From Camelus dromedarius (taxonomy: Eukaryota), in the NCBI RefSeq assembly GCF_036321535.1, contig NC_087437.1, positions 113,896,001 through 113,960,000 of the forward strand: DNA of 64,000 bases. Direction: 5' to 3'. This document shows, in pieces, positions 37,636 to 49,989 of this stretch. Made by a program: the position numbers and the translations under genes. The notes under the pieces were generated by a model. The model did not search any database and had not been told where the DNA came from. It saw only the letters and a program-made list of their open reading frames with translations. Every line of letters begins with the position of its first letter. The stretch's first letter is position 1.

Positions 37636-40109
37636 CATCACACACCAGTCTGAGCGCTCCGGAGCTACCGTGGTGACTCTCCCAAGGCAGAGGCTGTTGG
37701 CTTAAACATCAGAGTCCCCAAGGGGACCCAGTCCTCTTCACAGATCTTCTCCACTTTTGCTTTGACGAAAGGGTCCAATTCCTCCATGAACTGAGCATTT
37801 TCTTCCCAGTAAAATCCTGCAGGGCCCCTCGGCTGCCTGGCCTGCTGGCAGCCGCTCACCAGCTCCTGCTCTGCTGGGCTGTTTTCTCCTGGAAGCTGGA
37901 CCTCCTTCCCCTGACTGCACTGCATCTCGCCTGTTCCTGGCATCGCCTCTGACAGCAGGACTTATTGAGAGAGCAGAACCCCGAGGAAAGCGCTCGGCTC
38001 GGCCCTGCCACGCTTCCTGGCTTGTCACCGACCCAGAGCAGGACAGTCAGACGTTTCTTCTCTGCAGAGCATCGCCCGTTCGTTCCCCGTTTATCTGTAT
38101 TTACTTTGAAAATGATTTCCTCTGCTTCACTCTGTTTTCCTTTGAGCCCAATTGCCTGCTCAGTTCTCTGTCCCTTCTGTTTATTTCTACTTCTCATTTT
38201 TCCCATTGATCAGATGCCCTGGAAATAGGGCAGGAACAGTGTGTTCCCTGTAATATTCAGTTACACTTAATATTTCTCAGCAGAACGTTGACTTGGAACA
38301 CCGAGCAGTCAAGCTCCAGGCCTGCTCTGCTTACACTGGACGTGGGCTTCAGCACAGGCCCCGATTCATGTCAGATCTACTCCCTGCGCAGAGGGGAATC
38401 ATGCCCAGGCTAACACAGGAAGGTGCCCCAGCGGGCGGTCCGCCAAGCACCCCCACTGAAAACCGTTTCCTCAAATAAGTGAGTGGCTCTAACACACTTG
38501 GTGCTTGGTGGAATAAAGACATTGCAGCCAATAAAAGTGCCAGATGAATATACTGTCAAGTCTCCCAGCGTGCTCCTTAAACAGAAAGTTTTCCTAAACC
38601 AGCCTTTGTCATCAGCGTTGCTAATACTAGCTTGCTCTGATGCCGCTTTCTGATGTTGCGCATCAAACTGAGAACTCAGGAAGCTCTTTGGCGCTGTAGT
38701 TTTGATAGACCCCTTCGCTGAGCTGACGAAAGCTACGGACCCTTTCTGGAGGACCCCACGGCCAACACCGCAGACTGGTCTGAGGGTTTGGGAGCTCGTG
38801 TGGGTGACAGTCAATATCCCTGGCAGTGACCATCAGCTTAAACAGCAGACAGAGACCCAGTCCTCTTGGGTGGGTCTCCCCCATCCTGGCTTCAGCAATA
38901 GGATTCACTTCCTCCAGGAACCCTGCGTTTTCTTCAGAATAAAATCTTGCAGAGTTTAACCCTCAGGAGGACCCCATCCATGGATGGCCAGGGTTTCAAA
39001 CTTAAGAACCAGTCTCTGCCTTCCTGGTTTAGAAAACACTGTTAGGAAATCCTGCAAGTGAAATATTGTTGGATTGTGTTGACAGAGAACAGCAACAAGG
39101 AAAACTCTCACTCAAATCTACCAACATTTCACATGCTGACATTTCTCTTTGGGGGCAAAGGTATACTTTCTTGTGTGGTTTAAAGAAGCCAGGAAAATGA
39201 GTAAAATGAGGAAAGAAATTGAGAACCAAGAAACAAATTGAACACCAGGGTTTTCTAGGAAGCTGGTCCTCATCTCTCCCCTCTTAGAAAGCAGTTAACA
39301 AGCAGCCCATGAAGGCACTGGGCAACCTCAGGGGAAATCCAAAACTAAAGTCTCAGATACGTGAGGACAGGACCAGATGCTCCCTGAAAGCTGTGGGACC
39401 AGCCCACGGGGCTACATCCTCCTCAGAGTAGGCGGATCTTTCTATTCCTCCTTTTCACATCTGCTGAGTCAGAGAAGAGGCAGTTGCAAGTATCTGCATT
39501 GCTATCCTTAGTGTAGCCTTCTGAGGAGGTGGGTCCTTGCTCTGCCGGGCCATTTGTCAGACCTTTGTCATGGAAGTGGGGAGGGGGCTGCTGCAGAGAA
39601 AGAAGAGGAGGGGCAGGGTGGGTCTGGGCGGTTGGTAGGGAGAACCATCTAGGAGGTGGGGAGAGGAGAGGGTTGGGAACCTGCGGAGGAAGCGAGCAGT
39701 AAGGAAGACAGCTGTCACAAAGCGAAAAGAGCACGCAGAGTGGACGCTTAGGAAGTCTTCCTGGACAGTATAGTTATAATTTCTCAAAGGACAGAGGGAA
39801 TAACTCCATCTCTGCTCAGTTCTCCTGCAGGAGGATGTGTGTTTCCACTGGTCCTCAAGTAACCCCGCATATCTCCTCATGGAGATGTGGGGAGATCTTT
39901 TGGGTATGTAGCCTGGTTGAGATGGGCTGTAAGGATCTGGATTATTCAGAACCCATCGATTGTTCTTTCTCTGGTGCATTTGTTCCGTGCTTTCACCCAA
40001 AAGATAGAGTTCTCATCGACAGTCAGGAGCCAAAAAGTGAAAGACAAGACAAATGAGACTGGGAACCTTTCCTTAGCAAAGCGTTTGAAACTCTCATGAA
40101 GACCTTTCT

Positions 40110-40275
40110 GATGGATTAAAAAGAATCACTTGCAGACTAAGGTATTTAGGGAAGGGAGCATGAGGATTATTAATCAGAAAATGATCAGGATAACCCAAGT
40201 CAGCTGGGGTTGGTCTGAGTCAGAAATGAATCTCAGCTGCTGCCCAAAGTGCTAGCACGTGATCATGGGATTCAG
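40110..40275 (+). mobile_element. Possible L3/CR1 fragment
   Basis: TGAGTCAGAAATG...GCTGCCCAAAGTGCTA resembles a recalled CR1 RT-end consensus; weak match. Confidence 0.35.
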
Positions 40276-42335
40276 ATTTAAGTAACAGGCACCTCGGAAA
40301 AGCCTTTCTCAGGAAAGGTGGAGAATTTATTTTTAGTTAAAGCTTCTGTTTTGGCCTCCAGAGTCACCTGTTGCGATTAGGACTAGAAATGAGGAAGGAA
40401 AGATTTGGTCAGCTGATCAAAGAGCCAAACACTTTTGAACTATAATCTTACCTGCAACTAAAGTCTTCTACATTCTGGGCTGCTGGGAGACTGTAGGTAA
40501 AGTCCACCCGCTCTATCCAGCAGCTCCAAGCCCCTTCCACTTCCACTGCTGAAGACAAAGAACACAGGATTTCTCTTCATTTTCCTCTCCCTCTGAGTGA
40601 GGCAGGGAACTCATGGCTTGAGCAGGAGGGAGGGAAGGGTGAGTAACACAGCACAGGCAGGGAGACACCAATTTATGCCAAGAGAGGATTTTGAGCTGTG
40701 GGTCAAAGGAAGGACACTGCTTTTCCCAGCTTATCAGCCTCTCCATTTCACCATCTCAAGAGTTTTTCCACGCGGACAAGCCTGTAACAGAGGTGATAAC
40801 CCATTCCAGCCTCACAACCCCTCACCTCAAAGGCAGCATTTCTGAGCCCCTCAGAGGGAGAAGAGCTGGGGCCTTTTCTTTTACTCTCATGTGTCTTTCG
40901 GGCTCTCCATCCCTTGATTTCAAAACCTTATGCCAACAAATGTGAAGTTGAAAGGATAGACTTCAATTATTTCATTTTGTGAAGGTTAAAAAGGTTCTTG
41001 TAAATGACTGATGCAAATCCTGGAAACCCGGTTAAAACAACTGGATACCAGATGGCGAAGGAAAGTGGTTTACTGTAAAGTGTTGCAGAGAGTAGGAGCT
41101 CATTTACAAGAAGCAATTACACAAACAGCCCTGAGTATCCAGGATCCCACAAAAGGACGACCGGGGTGGAGACACACTGTCAGTTGTGCTTGCGTGAGTT
41201 CCACCCTCACACAAAATGATGCTCACAGTGCGACAGGTCACCTTTCCTGCTGCCCAGCACGTTTCACCTGCCTGGAGATGCTAAGTCTCAGCTGACCCGC
41301 CCGTAAACAAACAGCTGCAGCCCCACGTAGAGACTTTCACTTTCTCCATCACTCAGCTGTCTCGAGGAGTCCCCTAATAAGAGAAATCTAACAATATAAG
41401 AAAGGTATGCAGCTGTCATCATCCTCGGTCAAGTCTGGGTAACTCGGTTTGTGCCTCAGGTCAAAGGAATGGGAGAAATTCCTTTACGATCTGGGATGCC
41501 TTTTCATCCTCAATCTCTCTTTAAATTGCAAATGAGCATAATAGACTTCATTATTTATGTTCAGACAGAGGCATGTTCTTGCATGCGTACCGACACAGTA
41601 AGCGGTTATAAATGAGCAAAAACGGGTTGTAAAGCTATCGGTGAGAAGTGGGCGCTGTGCTGCAGTTTCTCACTCTGCGCTCCCAGCTGGTCCGCGCTGA
41701 CCCATCCGCGCTCCTCCGCACAGAGCTTCGTGTGCCCGTTTCAGTTGTCCTGAGCCCAGGTCTCTGCGTCCGAGTATCACAGCCTCCTCAGGGTCAGTTC
41801 TCTGCCTTATCCTGCTTTGGCCAGACTGGGCAGATGTCGCCACATGGTCATCAACTTGACTGTGGTCAGTGCTGGAGAGAGACCAGGAGTCCACCCAGCG
41901 CACAGTCCTGTTGCACGTGAGAACACACATTTTTGTGGAGGCTCCCTGGAAACCCATACACACCTCAGATGCTACTCTCCCTCAGAGCCTTTGCGGAATA
42001 AACACAGCCAGGCAGGAATATAGGTAGCACCTTGCCAAGGCAGTGAGAGAAACATGTTGTGCAAGTAGGCATTTCCAGGACTCTGAAATCTCAGTGCCCA
42101 TCCTCATGGTCATGCAGATGTGTGCCCATGAACCTTCATCCTGGATTAAAAAACAGTCCACCATGCTGGAACTTACACCCCATGAGTCCTGCAGACTCTG
42201 GCTTGATGGAGGGGGCTTCCAGAGCCCCCAAGACATACTGAAATGGACCTGGCATGTCAGAGCTAGATGGGATATTTCTGAAAAAAATCTGATTCCCAAA
42301 CACCCATCAGTTATGAATGGATAACAAAATTTAAT

Positions 42336-42725
42336 TGTAAACATTTACTAGAGTTACCACAACAAAATTCCACAGACTGAGTGCTTTAAACAGAAACTCA
42401 TTTTTTTACAATTTTTGGAGGCCAGAAGCCCAAGGTCAAGGTGTTGGAAGGTTTACTTTCTTCTGAGGCTTCTCTCCTTGACTTGCAGGTGGCTGCCTTC
42501 TTTCTGTGTCCTCCACGTGCGCTTTCCTCCGTACGTGTGCATGTCTGTGTTCAAATTTCTTCTTCTTATAAGATCACAAGTCGTATGGAATTATAACCCC
42601 AAATAAAGATCTCCTTTTAACTTAACTACCTCTTTAAAGACCATCTCCAAATACAGTGACATTCAAAGGTCCTGGGAGTTAGAACTTCAACATATGAATT
42701 TGAGGGGAACAGTTAGTCCATAGTA
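42336..42725 (-). mobile_element. MaLR solo LTR (MLT1A/B-like) nested in L1MB
   Basis: GGAGGCCAGAAGCCCAAGGTCAAGGTGTTGG and GAGTTAGAACTTCAACATATGAATTTG. Confidence 0.88.
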
Positions 42726-42783
42726 GTGGAACTTGTATGCAGTGAGATATTATTTGACAATAAAAATAAATGAAGCACTGATA

Positions 42784-42820
<37 letters not shown>

Positions 42821-43112
42821 AATAAACCTTTGAAACATTATGCCAAGTGAAACAAGCCAGACAAAAAGGACCACATATTGTATGATACCATTTACCTGAA
42901 ATGTTGAGGATGGGCAAAGTTATAGAGACCAAAAAAAAAAAAAAGATGAAAGGTTTCCAGGAGCTTGGGGAAGAGGAGAATGGGGTATGACTGCTAACAG
43001 ATATGGGTTTCTTTCTGGGACAAATACATTCTGGAATTAGATAGTTGTGATGGTTGCACTCAAAACTGATGAACTGGATACTTTAAAAGAGTGTGAATTA
43101 CATCTCAGTAAA
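42726..43112 (+). mobile_element. L1MB-type 3' end (upstream piece about 42295-42335)
   Basis: ACATTATGCCAAGTGAAACAAGCCAGACAAAAAGGACCACATATTGTATGAT...GTGAATTACATCTCAGTAAA. Confidence 0.85.
42784..42818. repeat. (TG)n(TA)n microsatellite
   Basis: Seen directly. Confidence 0.95.
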
Positions 43113-43172
43113 TCAAAACACACATGATGTGCTGTGTGAATTACATCTCAGTAAATCAAAACACATATGATG
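43091..43172 (+). repeat. Tandem duplication, 43-bp period
   Basis: GTGTGAATTACATCTCAGTAAATCAAAACACAYATGATG at 43091 and at 43134. Confidence 0.95.
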
Positions 43173-43709
43173 ATTCTGCTTCACAGGGTCAGTGGTCCCA
43201 ACCCCTGTTTGGGAGACTTATCACAGTGGGACAATATGTCTAGTAACTTTTACCAAAAACTTCGTGAACATTTTTATGGCAGATTTAATTGAATGTCTTT
43301 TTCCTGAGGGTGAATCACATCCTTGGGTACTGCAAAGCCAGATTCAGATTCCTGCTCTGCATTCAGGGACCCTTGTTCAAAGACAGTCACAGTTTGCTTA
43401 ATTTCTTGGGCTTCATCAGAACTGAGACCTCCAGTCTAACTCTGTAGGTCACTCGTTTGGTCAGAGCCTGTGTGATCTCCTTCTCAGTCCTCTCAATCCT
43501 CTTCTATCCTCTCTGAATTCCAGTCTTTTAAGACCTCTGGACGGGTGAAGGTCATTCCCTCCTTCCTTACTTTGCCCCCTCTTCCATGAGGCACCAGGTG
43601 GAGTTCGCTCCCTCCACCAGGGGAGCCGTTCCCTGTGATCTGCCTCTTCCCCTGCCATGCTCGCGTCTCCCAGGCCTGGGAAGTTGCTCCTCACCTCCTG
43701 AGACTGAGA

Positions 43710-43820
43710 TCCATCCATTCATGTGTTCTTTCACTCAACCATCATTTACTGAGCACTTACTACATGCCAAGCATTGTTCCAGAAGCTGGGATTACAGTGA
43801 GGAACAAGATAGTCAAGGTA
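43710..43820 (-). mobile_element. LINE-2 3' end
   Basis: CATTTACTGAGCACTTACTACATGCCAAGCATTGTTC. Confidence 0.75.
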
Positions 43821-44827
43821 AAGGGTGGACAGTACACCGATAAGTGAACACCAGTAGATCCCCAAGTCGGAACTTTCCACCAGTCAGTCCTCAGTGGGCT
43901 CAACCTGCCAGCCCTCACTCCTCTGCTCTCTCTTCCCCACTGCCCTCTCTTTCTCATTGCGTGTCTGCCATCTCTCCTTTGAGGTCATAAACAGTGCCAT
44001 CTATATCTTCCCCCTTCCCATTTCATAATATTATCCCCTGTGCTTTGCACACAGTAGGTACTGAAAAAGTGCTTATTGTGTAAATCTAAAAACATGGCAC
44101 ACACAAGCCATGTTTAGGGGAGTCAGTTTGTCTGTATCATTTTATATCTCCTGTGGTTCTCGCCTGGTGTCTCTTTTTGACCTTGATAGTGTATTAAGTA
44201 TTTGATTGGGCCACTCCATGCTCAGAGCCTTCACATAAACCCCATGGGTTCTCTGCTTTGAATAAAAGAAAGTCTCCCTAAAGCCACACAGGAATTGAAG
44301 ACCATAATTCCATTGTACATCAGAATGTAGTATGTGGTGTGTGGCTATACTGAAATATTTGGATGAATATGTTGGTTTTCATTGACGGGTGTGTGTACAT
44401 ATTGTACCCTCAGACACACACTCATAGCTGATCGTGACTCCTGGGATGAACCCACCCTGTAATATCCACTGAGCACGATTGCATTATCTGTGGATGCATT
44501 TGTTTCAGACTTGGTCCCTGGGTGTGCTTCCTCTCCTCCACGTGGCAGGTGCCTGACAGCTGGCGCTCGGAGGAATGCCTGCAAGTATGTTGAATGAATA
44601 AGTGACATCACCAGGCACGTCTCAATGTTTATAGTTTAGATGTACAGAAATTCTGCTTTTCTGGGACCCATAGTCATTTTGATGTGTTTAATTTATTATT
44701 TATTAATCTCTAAATACATGAAGGATGAAAAGAAGTTAACTGTTTAGTGAATGGAGAAACTTAAACCAGGAAGGGTCTACCTACGGTGAGATAACTAAGT
44801 TCACAGCCTTGAACCTAACAATGTTTT

Positions 44828-44950
44828 TGGGTTTGTTTGTTTGTTCGTTTAAATGGAGGTACTGACACTCCCAGTTTTGACAGCAAAAAATGTCTCCAGA
44901 CATTGCCAAATCCTCCCTGGGGGGGAATCTGGCCTCATTTGGGAACCAGT
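44828..44950 (-). mobile_element. SINE tail remnant abutting a MER20 terminal fragment
   Basis: (GTTT)n-AAATGGAGGTACTG followed by AAAAATGTCTCCAGACATTGCCAAAT...GGGAACCA. Confidence 0.7.
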
Positions 44951-45399
44951 TTTAGAATTAAATGGGAGTGCTTTCCTGGGTATTTTTTTCCTCTACTAAT
45001 ATAAAGTTGGTTTTTCATTGAAAGAGTTCTAGTTTTAGATATCACTGCAAACCCCACATTCAATCAATGAACACAAAAAATAAGAATATAATCATCTAAA
45101 TTGGCTACATCCGTGTTTTAGTAACTACTCACATGTCTTCATGGTCCACCTTTATGGGTTACCTCAGCACAAGACCACTTTAAATTCATTGTCAGATCAG
45201 AAGAATTCCTCCCACCATCACACTGCCCTCTTCATACAATTCATCTCTCTCAAACGCTCTCTCTCCTTCTCTCTCTTTCACACACACACACGCACACACA
45301 GTTCCTATCTAAAAGGTGAATAAGCAGATTGCTTCCTTTCTCCCACAGTGGTAAAACCTGGGGCTCCACCTTTATTTGGCTCTTCTGTCCTTCCTGGTG

Positions 45400-45735
45400 C
45401 ATGACACTTCGTTTCTTGTCATTTCCAGTTGTTGAACCCATGTGGACCAGTTCTGCTCAATGGGTTACAAGACAATCACTGTGTACCTCTGGCTTCCCAC
45501 TGCAGCAGCTATGGAAAAGGCCTTGGGTTGACACAGGCAAGTCTCAAGATGGACACAATCTGGGCTGTCAGGTTGCTGCGTGGAGGACAGTTGCCTTGAG
45601 GAGTTTCCCAAAGCCCTGATGCATTTTGCCTGACCAGGAACTAAACCTTGGTGGTATTAAGCTGCTGATACTCTGGGCTTGTTTGTTACAGCAGCCAAAC
45701 CAGGCTTATGGTGCACTAGTCACTGACTGGTACAT
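45400..45735 (+). mobile_element. Old MaLR LTR (MLT1K/L-like)
   Basis: TGGAGGACAGTTGCCTTG and TATTAAGCTGCTGATA...TTGTTTGTTACAGCAGC. Confidence 0.65.
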
Positions 45736-47399
45736 CCACTAAGGGACAAGGTCCCAAGTTGCATGTGAGCTCTCTGGAACACCTTCTGGACACTTCTGAC
45801 AGAAGAGCAAGTTACAGACTACAGTGTGGCTCTGCCCGACTGAGATGGAAAAGAAAACAGGACAAATGTTATACTTCATATTCAATTTTGCTTAATACAT
45901 ATGAGCAATCAGCTACATAAACAGAATTGTAATTACCAAGAGTTTTAATAATCAAAGTCGGTGACACTGGGGATTCAAAATGTGCTCCTATCTCTTTAAG
46001 TATTAAAGGGAAAACTTTTGAATTGAAGGGACTACTTGGAGTGACTTCCCATCCCAAAGTTTTTTGTATCTATCTTTTGGGCCTCCAGCAGTTCACATTG
46101 GATATAAACCACTCAAAAATAGCTTTTGATACTGATAGAGGGCATGACCTTGGGCTGACAATTCATTTAGGTACCAGCAAGGCTGGGCTGTCCTGTGTCT
46201 TTTTAAACCACTCTCTGCATTGATTCCGGTCAATAGCCTGTTTTAAGAAAAGCTTAGGCCAGATTTTAAAAAAAAAAAAAAAGAAAAGAAAATCTGCCTT
46301 CCCTTGAGTAAACATGGTAACCTGACAGCTCCAGTGGGTAAATAATGCACTTTTTAAAAGCCTTTCCAAACAGGTCTTTATCCAGCAAGCTGCTTTTATA
46401 AGCTACCACTCTTTCTAATATCTACTTATTCAAAACTCCTTTAAAAAATGTGACGGGTTGAAAATGACAGACATTCTACTAGATCTGAGTTTGCTGGATT
46501 TTTTTCTTTTTTTAAGAAGAAATGTATTTTTTCCCATTGGTTAGGAAAAGAGTCTTTCTTGAAATATGATCCTCTCAGATAAATAATGGCAATAAAAGTA
46601 AATGGAAAGTGGGAAAGAACATGGTTTCTTCGTGCAGTGCACAGCACTTTCTAATTGGAAAACGCTAAAAGGGAGTTTTCCTTGGAGGCCTCCCATCTGA
46701 CTTCAGACCAAACAAAACAGTGATTTGCTTATGAGCATGGATGTCTCTGTTTTCCTTGTTAAAGGAGAAGCTAAGAATGGAAGAAAAGCACTAAGTTATA
46801 AAACTGTATTATAGCAATGGTTTGAGTGGGTCTTTCATACACTCTGGTGAAAACGGAGAAATTCCAGAACACAAGGCAGAGAAGAGCTTTGAGGTCATCT
46901 GGTCAACCCCAGGAAGGGCGGGGGACTCTTGCTACGAAGAGTGTTGATGAGGTGCACGTTTTTTATTCTTGCTCGCCTAGTGCTTCTGCTCGTGTGGAAG
47001 TATTCCAGTTTTCCACATAAAAGAATTCTGTCTAGTTTAGCTGAGTTCTGGAATTTGGTGAGGCATTTATGAACCTGTCTCCGAACAGGCCTTTGGTTTG
47101 CTGGCTGAAGGCTGTGAAAGCCAGAACTTTTGCAGCCCAGGACCTCCTGGGTCCTGTAGTTCTGTTACCTGACAGACTGTCAAAAATGGATAATGTCAGT
47201 CTTTGTAAAAGTCTCCTCATTTCTTGAACTAAAAATAGTAGCTCTGTAAAGTTTGCATAATTGGTATCTAAATACTGTAGAGGAGATACAAACAAGTAAT
47301 GTGACGGCCTACGATTTGACAGTATAATTCTGCTTCTGCCCCCATCTTTCTCTCCTCCGTTCCCGCCCCTGCTCTCATTTGCTTGCTACTTGTGTTTCT

Positions 47400-47685
47400 T
47401 TAATGTACATTTTCGCATGTACAATATACATACAGGTAAGTGTGCACATGATAAACACAGCTTGAGTTTTTCTAACAGAACCCACTCATGTATCCAGCAC
47501 ACAGCTCAAGAAAAGAACATGACTGGCCCCCCAGAGTCCATCTGGGTAGCCACCATCCTAACTTCTGACACCGTAGATCAATTTTGCCTATTTGATAGGA
47601 ATGGAATCGTCGAATATGTAGCTTGTGCGTCTGACTTCTGTCACTCAGCTGTGTCAGTGAGATTCACCTGTTGCAGAATGTTTTT
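47400..47685 (-). mobile_element. Old L1 (L1M-type) 3' end
   Basis: ACAATATACATACAG...CACCATCCTAACTTCT...AATTTTGCCT...AATGGAATC. Confidence 0.7.
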
Positions 47686-48014
47686 TTCTTTCCACTTTAA
47701 AGTGTACTCCCCACCCCACCTCTCACCCCACCCCCAGGCAGGCGTACATTTACCTCCATCTTTCTAGCTGCTATTCCTCCCCTCTTCTTCCAATCTGCGT
47801 GTTAGAGCCGCTGCCATCTTCTGATTTCTTCCCTTTGTCAAGTCAGACGTGTTGACCCGACTAGAGCAGCAAAGAAGCAGCGTCCTTCCCCTGGGTTGTG
47901 CGGGCTGACGCCTCTCTCCCAGCGGGAGCTGTGGAGACCACGCATGGAGGCGCACGGTCCAGGACAATCGACGGTCCAGTCTACAGTGCTTTCACTGGAG
48001 AGCTGGTCGGCACC

Positions 48015-48078
48015 CGTCATGGTGTATTTCGTGTGTCCACTTGGCCAGGCCACAGTACCCAAACATTATCCTAGATGG
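48015..48078 (+). mobile_element. MLT2 5' fragment
   Basis: GTGTGTCCACTTGGCCAGGCCACAGTACCCAAACATTATCCTAGATG. Confidence 0.6.
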
Positions 48079-49355
48079 ACATCTCCTTCCTAACACAATC
48101 TAGCCCACAGAATATTTACCTGTGTCAGCAGTCTCTTGCTGAAGGGGAACATGCTACAGATGCTGGGAAAGAGAATGAAGTGATTTAATAAATGGCAGCT
48201 TCCTACACTTTGCCATCAACAATAACAAAACCTATCAAAAGAGCAGAACCCAGTAGTCAGTGTGGACTTTCTCATTCCCGGCAATCCGAGGGCTTCCTAA
48301 CGGAGGAGAGTCTCCCAGCTTAGTGTTCACCGTTGGTTTGGGCAGCAGCCCAGGGAGTCTCTCTAAACATGTGAAGGCCTTTACCCTTGATGCAGGAGGC
48401 CCTGACCGTGCACTTGCTAGAAGAGGGCTCTGTTCTCCCAAATGTATACAATCAGTAGGAATTTGCATCAGAACTTTTGTCTGTTATATTCTCTAAGGCA
48501 CAATATAATAACACTACAATACTGATGGGGCAGTGAGTGATATATTGAATTAAAAAAAAACTAAGTACAGTGCAAGTTGCAGTAATTTAAGATATTTATA
48601 ACATAGGCTATACAATGTGTGTGGAGAAAAGGTATAAGTGAAGAGAAAATGTAAACTGCTGTTTTCTTAACACGGACTTTCACTGTATTTTAGAGAATAA
48701 TATTAACTCCCAACAACCAGGGGAGAAAACATGAGTGATTCTTTTTACAGTGAACAAAGTTCATAAGAAAACTATGTGACTGTTCTCTGGAGACCCGAAA
48801 GACAGAAAGAAATCAAATAAAAATAAATCAACTGAGAAACCCATTAATGTTTCTGTAGAATATTAAAAAATCGGCACTTGGGAAACTGACCCATTCAAGT
48901 TATTTTTGCTGCTTTGTGTCAGAGCAGTTATTTAATTGTGTCACCAATGAGAAGAAAGTGATGTATTTTCCAGTTTGGTATTTTCAGAACTGCCAGAGAT
49001 TAGCTAAGTAAACAAGTACACAAGCAAATTATTTTTTTCTCTCTCTCTGTCATAGCAAAGGAGCTGGTCAATTGCCTTCGATAGATTTTATTTCTAAGAG
49101 CCACACATAAGACAGGAAGGTCAACAGATGAAGAGGCTCCAGCACTTGGGCTTGGATTTCAAGACCTTAATGGCAATGGTCCAGACATCCTAAAGCCTGG
49201 GTGAGCAGGATAACTAAGAAGTGCAGTATCACCGTGAGGCTCAGAAATCTTCGTTCTGAATCACAACTGCATTGTACGTGGTCCACTGAGGAAAATTTCA
49301 GAAATTTTCCAGCATATGCCTTATTTCCAGTCTAAGCATGTTCTAAAACTGTACA

Positions 49356-49396
49356 ACTGGTTTGTGCTCCAACTGGTAATTGGAGCACAAACCAGT
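49356..49396. repeat. Perfect 17-bp inverted repeat with 7-nt spacer
   Basis: ACTGGTTTGTGCTCCAA (49356-49372), CTGGTAA, TTGGAGCACAAACCAGT (49380-49396). Confidence 0.97.
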
Positions 49397-49989
49397 AGAA
49401 ATTACATTAGCTAGGAAGGTAAGGCGAGGTCGAGGAGACAGAACCACGTATCTGTATTTGGGGTCTCCCCTGGACGCGGCTGATGCATAGACTAAGAAGC
49501 AGATGATCAAGAAGGATGTGGACCAAGGGCCTGAGCAGATATACACGTGTCGTGCTGAAGGCAAGAGGGAGGACTCGGGCTGGGGCAGTAGCTGAGCCCG
49601 GTCAGCCATGCTGCCAGTCATCCAGTTGACTTCTGCTTTTTATCATTCGAAACTATGGCTTGAACGAAGCCATTCTCCCATCTTTTAAGGTGGATCTGAT
49701 GAAACCTGCTTATTGGCTACACTGGCATCGGTCGGTCTGCTCCTGTTGTGTCTGCATCTCCATCTCAGGGAAGTCAAATGAAAGCCTTCAGACTTTGTCT
49801 TGCAGAGCTAGGAGGCGTTTCCCCACCTCGGCCAATACTGTTTCCCCAAGCTGACCACAGTCTTTGTGGTGGCCCATGGGTAGCAGTGTCATTTGTCGTC
49901 TTGAGTCTCCGTCCTTCGGGCTGCTCTAGCTCTCCCTTGACACTAGCCTAGTTTACTTCCAGGCTACCTCAGATGCATCAAGTGAATTA

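Noticed and set aside
38410..38814. 134-aa minus-strand ORF with a superficially protein-like stretch
   Set aside because: No family recognised and no splice context; only a BLASTP hit or PhyloCSF signal would rescue it
41045..41060. CTCF-like motif ACCAGATGGCG
   Set aside because: Partial match lacking the 5' CC core; not distinguishable from chance by eye
43091..43172. CRISPR-like repeat
   Set aside because: Only two adjacent copies with no unique spacers, no cas genes, and a mammalian context
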